Shown: positions 36,146-47,632 of the stretch, piece by piece
How the letters are laid out: each line of letters begins with the position of its first letter
Position numbering within the stretch: position 1 is the stretch's first letter
NCBI GenBank assembly: GCA_037447605.1
Contig: CM074811.1
Coordinates: 2,604,001 to 2,668,000, forward strand
Origin: Zygnema circumcarinatum SAG 698-1b
Taxonomy: Eukaryota; Plantae; Zygnematophyceae
Direction: 5' to 3'
DNA: 64,000 nucleotides
Translations under genes and position numbers: made by a program
The notes under the pieces: generated by a model
The model's database searches: none
What the model was told of the DNA's origin: nothing
Seen by the model: only the letters and a program-made list of their open reading frames with translations

Positions 36146-39100
36146 CAGTAGGACCCCGTCATATTTTCCACCTTCAAAAGTGCGTCCCCAAGAAATTCGC
36201 CCCGATTTTGCCGAAACCACCTTTTTGTACGGTAACTAGTGTTAGCCGTACTACTCGTACTGTCCGTACTTTTCGTACTGTCCGTACTATCTGTACTAGC
36301 CGTTACGGGCTTACGCAAAACTCACCTAATCTCCCCGCTCGTGCCGCCGTAAGAGGCGCTCGCTTTTCTCCCCTTCTTCCTGGCTTCGATACGATACGAT
36401 ACGAAACAATCGGTACGACACTATACGATACGATACGAAACGCCCCGATAGGTATTGTCCGTACGAGCCGTACGAGCTGAGACGAACAACAGAAAGCGGA
36501 AAAGGGTAACTCTACTGCACCCCCGCGTTTTGTCTTTCGCACCCCCCTTTTGAAAATTTTGCCTGCCCGTTTTGGTACCCACCAGTTTTGAATATTTCGG
36601 GAAGGCCTGCCTCTGCTTCTCCTGTCCTCCCTGTGCCTTCTTCTCCTTCCTCCCTGTTCTGTCTCGGCCTCCCTCTCAAGCTCAGTTTCTCCTCTTTCCT
36701 TCTTTCCTTCCTTCCTCCTCTCCCTTCCTCTCCCTCCTCCTCCTTCCTACTCCTCCCTCCCTCCCCTCCTCTCCCTCCCTCCCTCCCTCCCTCCCTCCCC
36801 TCCCCTCCCTCCCTTCCCTCCCTCCCTCCCTCCCTCCCCTCCCTACCCTCCCTCCCTCCCTCCCTCCTTTTCTGGACATTCCACCCCCCTCGTTTTCTCC
36901 TTTTCACTATTGACTTCCAACAATGTGCGACAAAAGAAAAGGGGATTTGCATTGGTCTCAAGATGGTGAGGCCATCAAATAAACATGGACAAAGTCAACA
37001 TGGGAACCACAAGAAATTGCAAACCGAGAAGAGGAGAGACGAGGAGGGGAGGGCAAGGGAGGGCAGGGCAGGGGAGGGGGGGAGCGGAAGGGAGCGGGCG
37101 GGAGGGGAGGGCCGAGGAGGACAGGGAGGGGACGGGAGGGGAGCGGGCGGGAGGGAAGGGCTGGGGAGGAAAGGGTAGAGGAGGGGAGCTGAGCGGAGCG
37201 GAGGGGAGGGAGGGAGGGAGGGGAGGGGAGGGAGGGAGGGAGGGAGGGAGGGAGGGAGGGAGGGAGGGAGGGAGGGAGGGAGGGGAGGGGAGGGAGGGGA
37301 GGGGAGGGAGGAGGGAGGGGAGGGAAGGGGAGGGAGGAGGAGGGAGGGAGGGAGGGAGGGAGGGAGGGGAGGAGGAGGGAGGGAGGGAGGGAGGGGAGGG
37401 GAGGGAGGGAGGGAGGGAGCGGAGGGGACGGGACTGGCGGGAAAAAGATTTGTTCCCGAAATATTCAAAACTGGGGGGGTAACCAAAACGGGCAGGAAAA
37501 GTTTTCAAAAGGGGGGTGCGAAAGACAAAACGCGGGGGTGCAGTAGAGTTACCCGCGGAAAATTACGTCTATGCGTCACGATATGTCACGATACGATACG
37601 ATACTAAACGAGACAGTACGATACGGTACGATACCATACGGTACGATACGTACGGTCCAACATTTCCTCTAACATAATACCGCCCGTCTATTCGTAACAC
37701 GAACCTTATATATGAAAAATTAATATTTTCGCCTCATATTGGCCGGAACCAGGGTGGAAAATATGAGGACCCCCTACTGTACCCGTACAAGCTGTACTAG
37801 CCGTCACGGGCTTACGCAAAACTCACCTATTCTCCCCGCACGCGCCGCCGTAAGAGGCGCTCGCTCTTCTCCACTTCTTTTTGGATTCGATACGATACGA
37901 TACGGCCCGATACGGTACTATCCGTACTAGCCGTACGAGCTGTAGTACAGTAGGACCCCATCATATTTTCCACCTCAACATTTGCGTCACCAATAAATTC
38001 GCACCAATTTTGCCGAAACCACTTTTTTGTACGGTAACTTCGTGTTAGCCGTACAATCCGTAAAATTCGTACAATTCATTCTATCCGTACTAGCCGTACT
38101 AGCTGTAGTAGCCGTCACGGGCTTACGCAAAACTCACCAAATCTCCCCGCTCGTGCCGCCGTAAGAGGCGCTCACTCCTCTCCCCTTGTTATTGGCTTCG
38201 ATACGATACGACACGATACGAAACGCCCCGATACGGTACTATCCGTATTAGCCGTACGAGCTGTAGTACAGTGGGGGGTCCTCATATTTTCGCCATGGTA
38301 TTGGCCAAAAAGGGGCGAAAATATTGATTTTGCAAATATAAGGTTCGTGTTACCAATAGGCTTTCGGTAACATGTTAGAGTTCATGTTTGTCCGTACGTA
38401 TCGTATCGTGTAATATCGTATCGTATCGAACCATATCGTCCAATATCTATCGTACCGTTCCGTATCGTATCGTCCAATATCATACCGTATCGTACTATAT
38501 CGTACCATATCGTACCGTATCTATCGTACCGTGTCGTATCGTATCGCATACACGTAGTTTTCCGCTCTTCGCGTTGTTTTTCTCATTGATGATGCTATAA
38601 TTATCAATAGTGGAAGAGCACACCCATGATGAAATAAATGAGTGAGTTAATATTAGGCTGGGGGTTGACGGGCTTCCACGGCAATGAAACAAAACGGGTG
38701 CCTTGTGCGACTTGGACGACGCTCAATACCAAAACACCTCTTCAAGTCAATATGCTTGCCGTTTAGATGGTTGATGTGGATGGTATATGGAGCAGACGAG
38801 GAGAGGAGCGAGCGCCTCTTACGGCGGACACCTGTGGGAAGATTCTACAACTCGTACGGCTAGTACGAATACAGTGGGGGGTCCTCATATTTTCGCCATG
38901 GTATTGGCCAAAAAGGGGCGAAAATATTGATTTTGCAAATATAAGGTTCGTGTTACCAATAGGCGGGCGGTATTATGTTAGAGTTCATGTTTGTCCGTAT
39001 ATATCGTATCGTCTAATACCGTATCGTATCGTTACGTATCGTGTAGTATCGTATCGTATTGTGCCGTATCGAAGCCAAGATGAAGGGGAGAGGAGCGAGC

Positions 39101-39917
39101 GCCTCTTACGGCGGCACGTGCGGGAAGATTCGGTTTGTTTTGCTTAAGCCCGTAACGGCTAGTAAAGCAAGTACGGTTAGTACGAATAGTACAAATAGTA
39201 CGGTTAACACAGAGTTACCGTACAAAAAGGTGGTTTCAGCAAAATCGGGGCGAATTTCTTGGGAGCGCACTGTACAGGGTGGAAAATATGAGGACCCCCC
39301 ACTGTAATACGGACAGTACGGTCAGTACGGCTAACATTTGAGTTACCGTACAAAAAGGTGGTTTCGGCAAAATCGGGGCGAATTTCTTGGGAGCGCACTG
39401 TACAGGGTGGAAAATATGAGGACCCCCCACTGTAGCCGTGTCGCGCTCGAATTTAAACGATACGGTACGATGCGGTACGATATGCCAGAAAACGATACGA
39501 TACGATACGTACGGACATACATGAACTCTAACATATTTCCGCTCGCCTATTGGTAACACGGACCTTATATTTGCCAAAAACAATATTTTCGCCCGATTTT
39601 TGCCAAATGTAGGTGGAAAATATGATGGGGTCCTGGTGTAGCCGTTACGGGCTCCAAGCTTTTTGGTTTGCTGCCTCAGTGAACGCTAAGGCGTGCTTCA
39701 TGTACTGTATGCGGTTTGACACGATACGATACGCTACGATGCGGTGCGATATGGCAGGAAACGATACGCTGCGATACTATACGATACGTACGGACATACA
39801 TGAACTCTAACATAATTCCGCTCGCCTATTGGTAACACGGACCTTATATTTGCCAAATACAATATTTTCGCCCGATTTTTGCCAAATGTAGGTGGAAAAT
39901 ATGACGGGGTCCTACTG
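36146..39917. mobile_element. Cluster of nested pogo/Tc1-mariner-like non-autonomous TIR elements with (GATAC)n internal tracts
   Basis: The terminal motif TA|CAGT(A/G)GG....TCATATTTTC occurs forward at 36146, 37948, 38269, 38872 and reversed ending at 37779, 39304, 39432, 39638, 39917, always abutting TA. Two internal modules of ~300 bp recur in both orientations. The superfamily call rests on TA flanks and CAGT termini only. Confidence 0.65.
36504..37554. mobile_element. Second MULE derivative (1051 bp) nested in the TIR cluster, 8-bp TSD GCGGAAAA
   Basis: Termini GGGTAACTCTACTGCACCCCC / GGGGGTGCAGTAGAGTTACCC. GCGGAAAA at 36496-36503 and 37555-37562. It shares an internal segment (~36867-37017) with 35435-35585 and carries (CCCT)n and (GGGA)n tracts. 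Confidence 0.9.
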
Positions 39918-41291
39918 TATGCGACTCGTGGACGTACGGACGCCCAACACGCGCGCTGGAGAAGCGCGCTCGATGGATGCGAAGCTTCGCGGAAGGCTGG
40001 CGCGTCGAGGGAGGGCGTTTCCGGTACAGACACTCCCCCTGGACATGGCGGCCCTCAGGGTGAGCTCCCGCGCGATGCAGGACGAGACGTGGAGCATCGC
40101 CAGTGACATGGCAGTGTGCTTTGTGGTGGCGCGTGGCCACACGCGGCGAAACGTGGAGTAGTACAGCGCTTAGTATTTAAGAAGGATTTGTTTAGGATTT
40201 AATTAACCCGAGAGTTCAACTTCGAACGCAGTGAGCGCCGTGCGAGCCAGTTCTTGTGAGGTTAGTGAGGGAGACCGGGCCCAAATTGTCAACAATTCCG
40301 CCATTCATTTTTCCTTAACCTACACGCCCGTCTCAGGGGCTCAGATTTCGGGGACTTAAAAATTTTGCCAGAAAATAGCGCTCAATTAGCGGTTTTGGCA
40401 CTTTAAGTCGTTCAGCTAAAATTCACTGAAACTGAAACTGCAGTGCAATGCAGTGCACTTCAGTTTAATGCGGTTTAGTTTGTTTGGACATTCAGACTTG
40501 TTGAACTTTTCGAGATAGCTTTGAGCGTTTCTATACATTCCTTGCAGTTCAAAGAATGCTGACACCCGCTTCGTCTTGTCACCCTACTCAGCTGCAGAGT
40601 TTCTATGAATGCAGAAAATATAACTGAAGAATAAAATCAACACAAGCAATTTGAAAAAATAAAAGGAGAGGAAAATAAAATAAATTAACTGCTGCATTGT
40701 TGCAGCGGCGCCCTGCCCTGCACGTGCTTTGCGTGAACCAAATGGTTTTGAGATTTCAAACTTTTGGACGGTCAAAATCACAGCGATGCTCCGCGAGCAG
40801 TTCCTGAAGATTTTTTCGCTCGTTCGGGTATGTTTGTAACCTTAACTCTAAAATGTTTGGCATGTGGGTGCGGTTGGCGCTATTCAAATTTTCCACTACA
40901 TGCAAAACCCACTGTTAGACCTCTTTGACATTTTTTTTGATGTTGTAGCAAATGCTGTTCGAAAGATAGGGATCATGTCACGTTGAGAAAAGAAAAGAAA
41001 AGAAAAACATGTGAAATTATTCTCGCTGAATACAAAGTCGTTTTTGTCTCGATTTGGCAATTATGGGAAAAAATGACTTTATTTCTGCTCTATCAGTATC
41101 AACCATGGAGCATCATGAATGAAAAATAATGTACCAGTAAAGGGGGGTGCCAGCTGCCCTACCTCTAGCTCCCAGTATACACTAAACCTAACAGGCATGT
41201 CAAGCCCGCATTTGTGTCGATCTCTCTGAAGGGCCCTAGGGGGCCCTCGTTAAAACCAATGCAAAGTGAATATACACACAATTCCTGCCCC

Positions 41292-43748
41292 TCATTGCAC
41301 TTCACTTAAGAAGACCTGTCGAATGAACCGTGCAGCAACCCTCGAAGTCAGCCTCGTTGCCACTTCTGGCACGACCTGCACCGCCACATTGGGCACCAAA
41401 GGGAGCAGCTCCCTCCCCAGCTCTAACGGGCCCCACTCTACTGCTCTCCCCCCTAGTGCATGATTGGAGCCTTCCTGCCCTCTTATCAAAAAGTCGGTGA
41501 CTCTCCGCAGGTTATATAGAACTGCTCGGTCTTCCTCGTTCACAGAGGGCACCAGGAAGTGTTCTGCAGCTGTATTCCCTGTTCTCCGGAGCAAAGTGGT
41601 GATCCCCAAAGCCTCTAGCCTGTCCCTAGTCTGTTCCCGCGCTAAGGCATCCATGCCCTTCACAATCTCGTCCAGAATGAACTCTCGGAAAAACGCCCCT
41701 TCATCAGAGAACAAGAATGCTAGGGCTGCTCGCGCCTGACCTCCCTCACTACTTGGGGCGAACTGGGCCATAGCTGGAACAGTCATTGTTGGGAATGCAG
41801 ATGTGCTTGACGAGGGAAGGGCTCTCACACGGGAGGTAGGTCTCTCAGGTTCACCTTGTCCGGCAGTTGCAGCAGCTGCAAAGGTCTCAAAGGCCTCCAT
41901 AACATCGATAAACCGGTCAGCATCAAAGATGCCTTCTTTTCCGTAAATAGTGTACTTCAAGGCCTGCCTTAACCTGGGGGAAGGATCTGTCAAGAGCCTC
42001 TGTGCTATGTATGGGTATGCAGCATCCACAATTGCGAAATCAGAATTCCCCACCAACGCGATTCCTTCAAGCACACCAATTGCCCGAATGATGAGAGCAA
42101 AGTAAGGCGGAATGCGGAACGGATAATCGAAAGTGATTTGCGCCAAGTCAGCGGCCAACTCCTGGAAATTGATCCCCTTCGCGCCACCACCTTCCAACGC
42201 TTGGTCAAACACCCGTGCAAGGACCGGCATGATGGGAGTGAGGTCAACACCTTCAGGAATGAAATCAAGAAGTACAAAGTCCTCGACAATCGCAGGATAA
42301 TCGCGATGTATAAGGTGTGAAATTGCCTCTATCATGCCGTACTTTTGGTCCTCCGTGATGCGAGTCATCAAGCCAAAGTCGAGCACTGCAAGGCGACCAT
42401 CCGGTGTTCGGATGAGATTACCGGGATGGGGGTCCGCATGGAAGAGACCCGTGTCGAGCAGCTGCTTGAGGTAGCAAATGACTCCCACATTCACTAGAGA
42501 ACCGACATCAGAAGCAGTACTTTGCGAGAGTTTCTCGCCATCTATCCATCCGGAGACAAGCACCCTTCGGGATGTGTATTCGGGGAATGTTTTTGGGACC
42601 ACCACCTGAGGAAGGTCTTTCGCCATTGAAGCCGCAAAAGCAGCAGTGTTGGAAGCTTCGTTTACATAGTCAAGTTCTTCAAAGAAACGAGCTGCCCACT
42701 CGTCAACAAGCCCAACGATATCTGTTGCGATCTGTGGGACCCCGCGAAGAGCCAAACCCAGCCGTCGGATAATGAACAAATCGACGGTCACAGTTTCAAG
42801 CACATATGGTCTCTGCACCTTCACTGCTACAGACTCCCCAGTTGACCGCAACCGGCCTTTGTACACCTGTCCTAATGAAGCAGCAGCGATAGGATCGGGG
42901 GATAGCTCTGAGAAGATTTCAGATGGGGAAACACCAAGCTCTTCTTCCATCAGCTTCATGGCAATACCATTGTCAAAACTTGGCACCTTGTCACACAGTT
43001 TCTGAAGCTCAGTCATTGCGGCAGGGGAGAGAATATCCGGCCGGATACTGAGGGCCTGGCCGAGTTTAATGTAAGCTGGCCCAAGAGACGTGACAATCTC
43101 TCTCAGCTGAATGGCCCGCATCACCTCATTCTCCCTCACTTGCTTTCGAATGAGGTCAGAAGCTACTCCTGTCAGAAAGCCCCCTGCCACCCCTAAGAGC
43201 TGCAAAATTCTCTGTGCAACAGCTGCAGGTCGCTTCGACCAATACGCGGCAATAGTCTCCGGCTTGTATACCAGAGGCAGTTCCTCTCCCTCCCCTCCCG
43301 TCTCTACCTGCACTAACCTCATCTGTACATCATCTGCTGCAAATTGAGAGTCATTTAAATTCTGGCCCCTCAGTCCCCTCATCAGCGATGCCACTTGTAC
43401 ATCCTCCTCCATCTGTGCCCGCATCCGCTTTATCTCAGCTGACATTTCCCCCACTCGCATTCGTCGGCCACCCTTGCTCTCCTCCCCTACATCTAACTTG
43501 ACCCTATCGCTTTCCCCGTATTGCACTCGAGGCCTCTCTGTCACAGCACACCTCCATCGCAAAGCCCTTCCTGCGTGGTTTCCTGCCGATTTGCTAAAAG
43601 CTTTTCCTAGTAGTGGTTTCGTTCCAACTGCTTTTGTGAGCGGCACGCCACCCAGCAGTATCCTGCAGTCTACACGGAAGGAAGCCATGCACTGCGCTTC
43701 CATAACGTCTGCATAACCAAAAGACACTTTCATTTTGTTGTCAGTCAT
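41292..43748 (-). CDS. ABC1K6: ABC1 atypical kinase, plastid ABC1K6 (At3g24190)-like, 818 aa, intronless CDS
   Basis: Single ORF with LREIVTSLGPAYIKLGQALSIRPDIL, AAASLGQVYKG, VAVKVQRP, FFEELDY..E, FHADPHPGN, LDFGL. The subfamily call comes from recalled similarity of the RAQMEED..LMRGLRGQNL N-terminal motif. Confidence 0.9.
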   Translation of the reverse strand: MTDNKMKVSFGYADVMEAQCMASFRVDCRILLGGVPLTKAVGTKPLLGKAFSKSAGNHAGRALRWRCAVTERPRVQYGESDRVKLDVGEESKGGRRMRVGEMSAEIKRMRAQMEEDVQVASLMRGLRGQNLNDSQFAADDVQMRLVQVETGGEGEELPLVYKPETIAAYWSKRPAAVAQRILQLLGVAGGFLTGVASDLIRKQVRENEVMRAIQLREIVTSLGPAYIKLGQALSIRPDILSPAAMTELQKLCDKVPSFDNGIAMKLMEEELGVSPSEIFSELSPDPIAAASLGQVYKGRLRSTGESVAVKVQRPYVLETVTVDLFIIRRLGLALRGVPQIATDIVGLVDEWAARFFEELDYVNEASNTAAFAASMAKDLPQVVVPKTFPEYTSRRVLVSGWIDGEKLSQSTASDVGSLVNVGVICYLKQLLDTGLFHADPHPGNLIRTPDGRLAVLDFGLMTRITEDQKYGMIEAISHLIHRDYPAIVEDFVLLDFIPEGVDLTPIMPVLARVFDQALEGGGAKGINFQELAADLAQITFDYPFRIPPYFALIIRAIGVLEGIALVGNSDFAIVDAAYPYIAQRLLTDPSPRLRQALKYTIYGKEGIFDADRFIDVMEAFETFAAAATAGQGEPERPTSRVRALPSSSTSAFPTMTVPAMAQFAPSSEGGQARAALAFLFSDEGAFFREFILDEIVKGMDALAREQTRDRLEALGITTLLRRTGNTAAEHFLVPSVNEEDRAVLYNLRRVTDFLIRGQEGSNHALGGRAVEWGPLELGRELLPLVPNVAVQVVPEVATRLTSRVAARFIRQVFLSEVQ

Positions 43749-46144
43749 GCTGGCATACCTGACTTCAATATCCTAACACATCCAACTTCTCAGAATGCGC
43801 AAAATATCAGAGAGAACATTACAACACAAATGGCTCTCAATGCCCTTGAAACCCTGCTGACTGAGACGAACAACTGGTTATCTGCTCGAAAGACTTGCTT
43901 CTGCATTCCAGAAATGGGTTCAAGAGACAGTCTGCGAGCTGCAGGAGATCCCATCTCTAAGTTCATGCCAGTATCAGCTACAAATAAGCTGGCAGACCGA
44001 AACGAACAAGATGTAGAAGTAAAAAAAAATAAAAAAATGGACAGCATAGGTATAGACTCGTCGAATCCTGCGCAAGCAGCATGTGAGCCTGCTCACGGAA
44101 ATGACGCTACATGTACCCTAGGGACTTCAGGAACTAAACGGCAAGCAGTAGAGTGACCAAGCAAACAGCCACGTTTGCCTAAAAATGAAAGTTCTTGCTC
44201 TTCTTTTGATGCTTTTGTCAAACGTTAGCATTGCGACGAATGTAGCTTTTCCAGAGACGTTTGGGGAAACATCTGTGTAGGTCAAGCAACAACGATAAGG
44301 GCGAGCTTTGCCAATTATTGTTGCTTTAAACGGAGATAAACATTGCAGACTACAAGTCACCGGGAACAATTTACGCTCTATGGATTCTTAAGATTTATCC
44401 TCAGTGGAAGCATACCTACTAAACTCCCATATTCAAATGTCAGGAAGGGCGTACTGCAGTGGTGGAATAGGAGCACCGGGGCGCATCAGTATCGATTGCC
44501 ATCAGAATATATTGGTGTAACTGGATGTTCATAAGTCTACTAATGTGTAATAAATAAACACACAATATACTTATTTAGATGAGCTGAAAAAGGTTCCAAA
44601 TAAGCAAGAAAAGTATGGCAATTCGCGAAAGTGCAAATTCCAGTGCAGTCATTTGCGTCCGATACAGGGGGAAGCCCCTAATGGCCTTATTCCACTATGA
44701 CTTTTTCCCTACTCTAGAGGTTCCCTTTGCAAGGCGTATCCAGTCGATAAGCAAACACCTCGGCTCCATGGAGATCCGCGCGTTCATTAGCATCTGCATG
44801 TCACAGTGACTCACAGCATCAATGTGCAGGCGGCATTCTCACCTGCGCTTCACTGCCTCTTGTCCTGCAGACGCCTGTAGAAACCTGATCGCCCTCTCTG
44901 AAGACTCCCCGTGGCGGCCTGTATTGTGTGGGAGAGGGAGAGAAAAGTAAGAGTAAGCAAGAGAGAGAGAAAGAGAATGGAAGAGAGAGAGGGAGGGAGA
45001 GAGAGAATGGGAGAGAGAGAGAGAGAATAGGGGGGAGAGAGAGAAAGAGGGAGTATGGGGGAAAGAGATTGGGAGAGGGAAACTAACGATGGGGAAGGGG
45101 GGACGCTCTTGGCGAGGGGAGCTGCCGTACAGGTCCACGTGGCAGGCCCTCCGTGATCCTCGGAGCGACTGCGCGGCCCCGCCGCCGAGGCCCCGTGTCG
45201 CAGCCGCCACCGCTGGACGTGTTCCATAACAGAACCGGTACCTTAAAATGGTGGAACCCCGGAAGCGACGAATGCCTTGCAATGTATTGATTCGTTACCA
45301 AGCGTGAGATTCTGCTGGCGCGGTGGAGCGCAGTGCCCTCGTGCCGTCCGAGTGTGGCTGTCCGTACGATTGGCAGTCGGGGTTCCATGTGGGGTTCCAG
45401 GTGAGAGTTCCATGCACCAAAATCCGTTAGACTGTCGAATCGCGAAATAAAATTATCCAGGTGCCACAGAGCGGTAACTTTGACTGGACACATGTACATG
45501 GATCCCTTTGGGTGGTGCGCGCACTTTACTCAGTATGGCCACGCGCACAGCTTTCGTCCGAAGGGCTTGAAACACCAGCTCCCAATCTTCTCCACTTCAT
45601 TTTAAAACTTTTATGTTAATGTTAGCGTTGAGTTTGGCCAGTTGCGCGTGTCGATAATGATGCGCTTGACTTTAACTTTTCATGTTTGTGTCATCGCTGT
45701 CGTGGTATTGTTCAAAACCCAAAAATTACTATCTTTTGGTCCTTGAACCAATGTTAGTTTTGGCTTCCCAATAGGTGAAGATGCTTCTAAGATTGACTTC
45801 CACCAAACCTGAAATTCACTTGTTGTACATGTATTTGTTGGAACTTGGAAGCGTCATGAGAGGGTCCAGTCCCCTCGGCTTCCATTCAGCACTGAGAACA
45901 ACCTCGGGTTTGAAGTTCATCGTTTTCTCTCCTTTTACTGCGAGAATTAAAAGGCAAAGGTCAAGGTCCTAAAGCAAAAAAGCAAGGTCCCATTATTCAA
46001 GTGCTTGGATTATGGAGTGGAGCATATAGTACCAGAGGAAACTTAGTGCAATCTAAACTGTTGCGTGGAGCCCCACCACAAGTATATGGGATTCAAAGGC
46101 TTTCGCCATAGGTTCTCAGCAGGGAGAGCTAGGATCCGAGTATT

Positions 46145-46305
46145 GGCATGTGCCCAATACTCTCTTTAGAAGAGATGATTCTCTGAGCTTAAATACGAGA
46201 TTCAAAATATCTCAAGGTAGGACAAATATGCGAGCCTGTTCTCCAGGCGTGCTCGGCGACTGCCGAAGACATTGTACCTCTACGGCGGTGTTGCACTGCC
46301 CTGCA
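46145..46305 (-). mobile_element. Possible Penelope-like GIY-YIG endonuclease remnant
   Basis: RAVQHRRRGTMSSAVAEHAWRTGSHI resembles the EH...SAVAEHA..TGH.I half of PLE GIY-YIG domains. There is an in-frame stop and no GIY/YIG motif upstream. Confidence 0.3.
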
Positions 46306-47632
46306 AAGACGTTAGTGGGCATGAAGGGAGGGGAAGTGGAACGGAGAGGGGGAGGGGGAGGAGGAAGAGACCACGTGGGGGAATCAGATGGCGAGTCTTA
46401 AGTGCGCGGAGTCAGATGGCAGGAAGGAGGTGGAGACTCAAGTGACCGAGATGCATGTGGGAACCCCCTATTTCAGAAATGGGGAAATTGGAGGTAGAGG
46501 AGTGGGTTGGGAGAGAGGGGAAATGAGGGAATGAGAGAGAAGTGGGAGCGAGGGGGGGCAGCAGGCAAGAGGGGAGAAATTGGAGCGGCGTGAGTAAGAG
46601 GGGAAAGAAAGGAGAAGATGATGAGGACGAGGAGAGGGAGGGGAAATGGGCGAAGGGGACGACAAGAGGGGGAAAAGGTGAAAGGAGAATTGTAGCGAGG
46701 ACGAGGAGCGGAGAGAGCGGGAGCGGGAGTTTGTCACAACGGTTTAGCCAAAACGAGGAAGGAGAAAGATCACAACATGCCTTCCCGAAAGCCATAATTC
46801 GATTGTCATGTGACAAATAACCAATGGGAACGTGATGGGGTTTTCAGGGTCTCAAGATGAACCGTAAAAAACTAAAAACTCTAAATATTACTTCACCCGA
46901 TCAATGTGTGCTGTCAGTTACGAGAAGCACACGCAAAAAGCATTCATTTGAAGTTGAGAGGCACGGATTCATCTGCCAACAGAGACTGGCAATGCAGACA
47001 GACATATCAGGAAGATTTAGAATTAAAAAACGTTCAGAAATCAGCACACTTTCTCGCTAAGAAGGTAGTAACAGCAAATTCCTTCATATCGACAACAGAT
47101 TCCATATCAATTTATCGCAAGTCTGAAGCCATCTATAGAGCCAGGGGTACAAGATTTTAACCAAGACCAGACTCAAGGTGGAAAATAAAACAAAAAGAAT
47201 AAATTGAGTATTAAAATCCTGTCGATCCAAATACAAAGAATGTGTACCGTACACCCCCATTGAATGGCAGTTCACTAAATAATTGAAATAAAGGAGAATT
47301 GACCTGACACCAAGCAATAAATATAGCACAAGGTGGAGAACTGCCTCCTTATCAGAGCGGCCACAGGCAGCGTTCGCACGCCTTTATTGGCGCCTTGTCT
47401 TCTCAAACATAAACTCCACCTCCAACAAAGTCTACAGAAAGGTCTCAATTTGACGTTGAGTTGCCTTCGCCAGGGACACTCTCCCCCAGGTTCCTCATAC
47501 TCTACAACCAACCAGCCGGCACACCAGTCTCCAAAACCCAAAAAAACAAGGGAACATAAAACCGCTATCAAGCCGGCCCTTCCCTCGTCCTCCAGAAGGT
47601 GAGAAGCCTCTCCTGTCCGCCTTCTCCACCTC

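Noticed and set aside
36512-37508. Long Pro/Ser- or Gly/Arg/Glu-rich ORFs, and YRIVSYR-type ORFs at 38388-39810
   Set aside because: Translations of (CCCT)n/(GGGA)n and (GATAC)n tracts inside TEs. The same applies to ORFs over CT/GA tracts at 11294-12506, 23380-24248, 34514-35017 and 53804-54651.
46140-46230. KRVLGTCQYSDP as a decayed kinase subdomain VIII belonging to the upstream RLP
   Set aside because: No HRD, DFG or other kinase motifs in register, and the RLP has a clean terminal exon with a stop at 47633.
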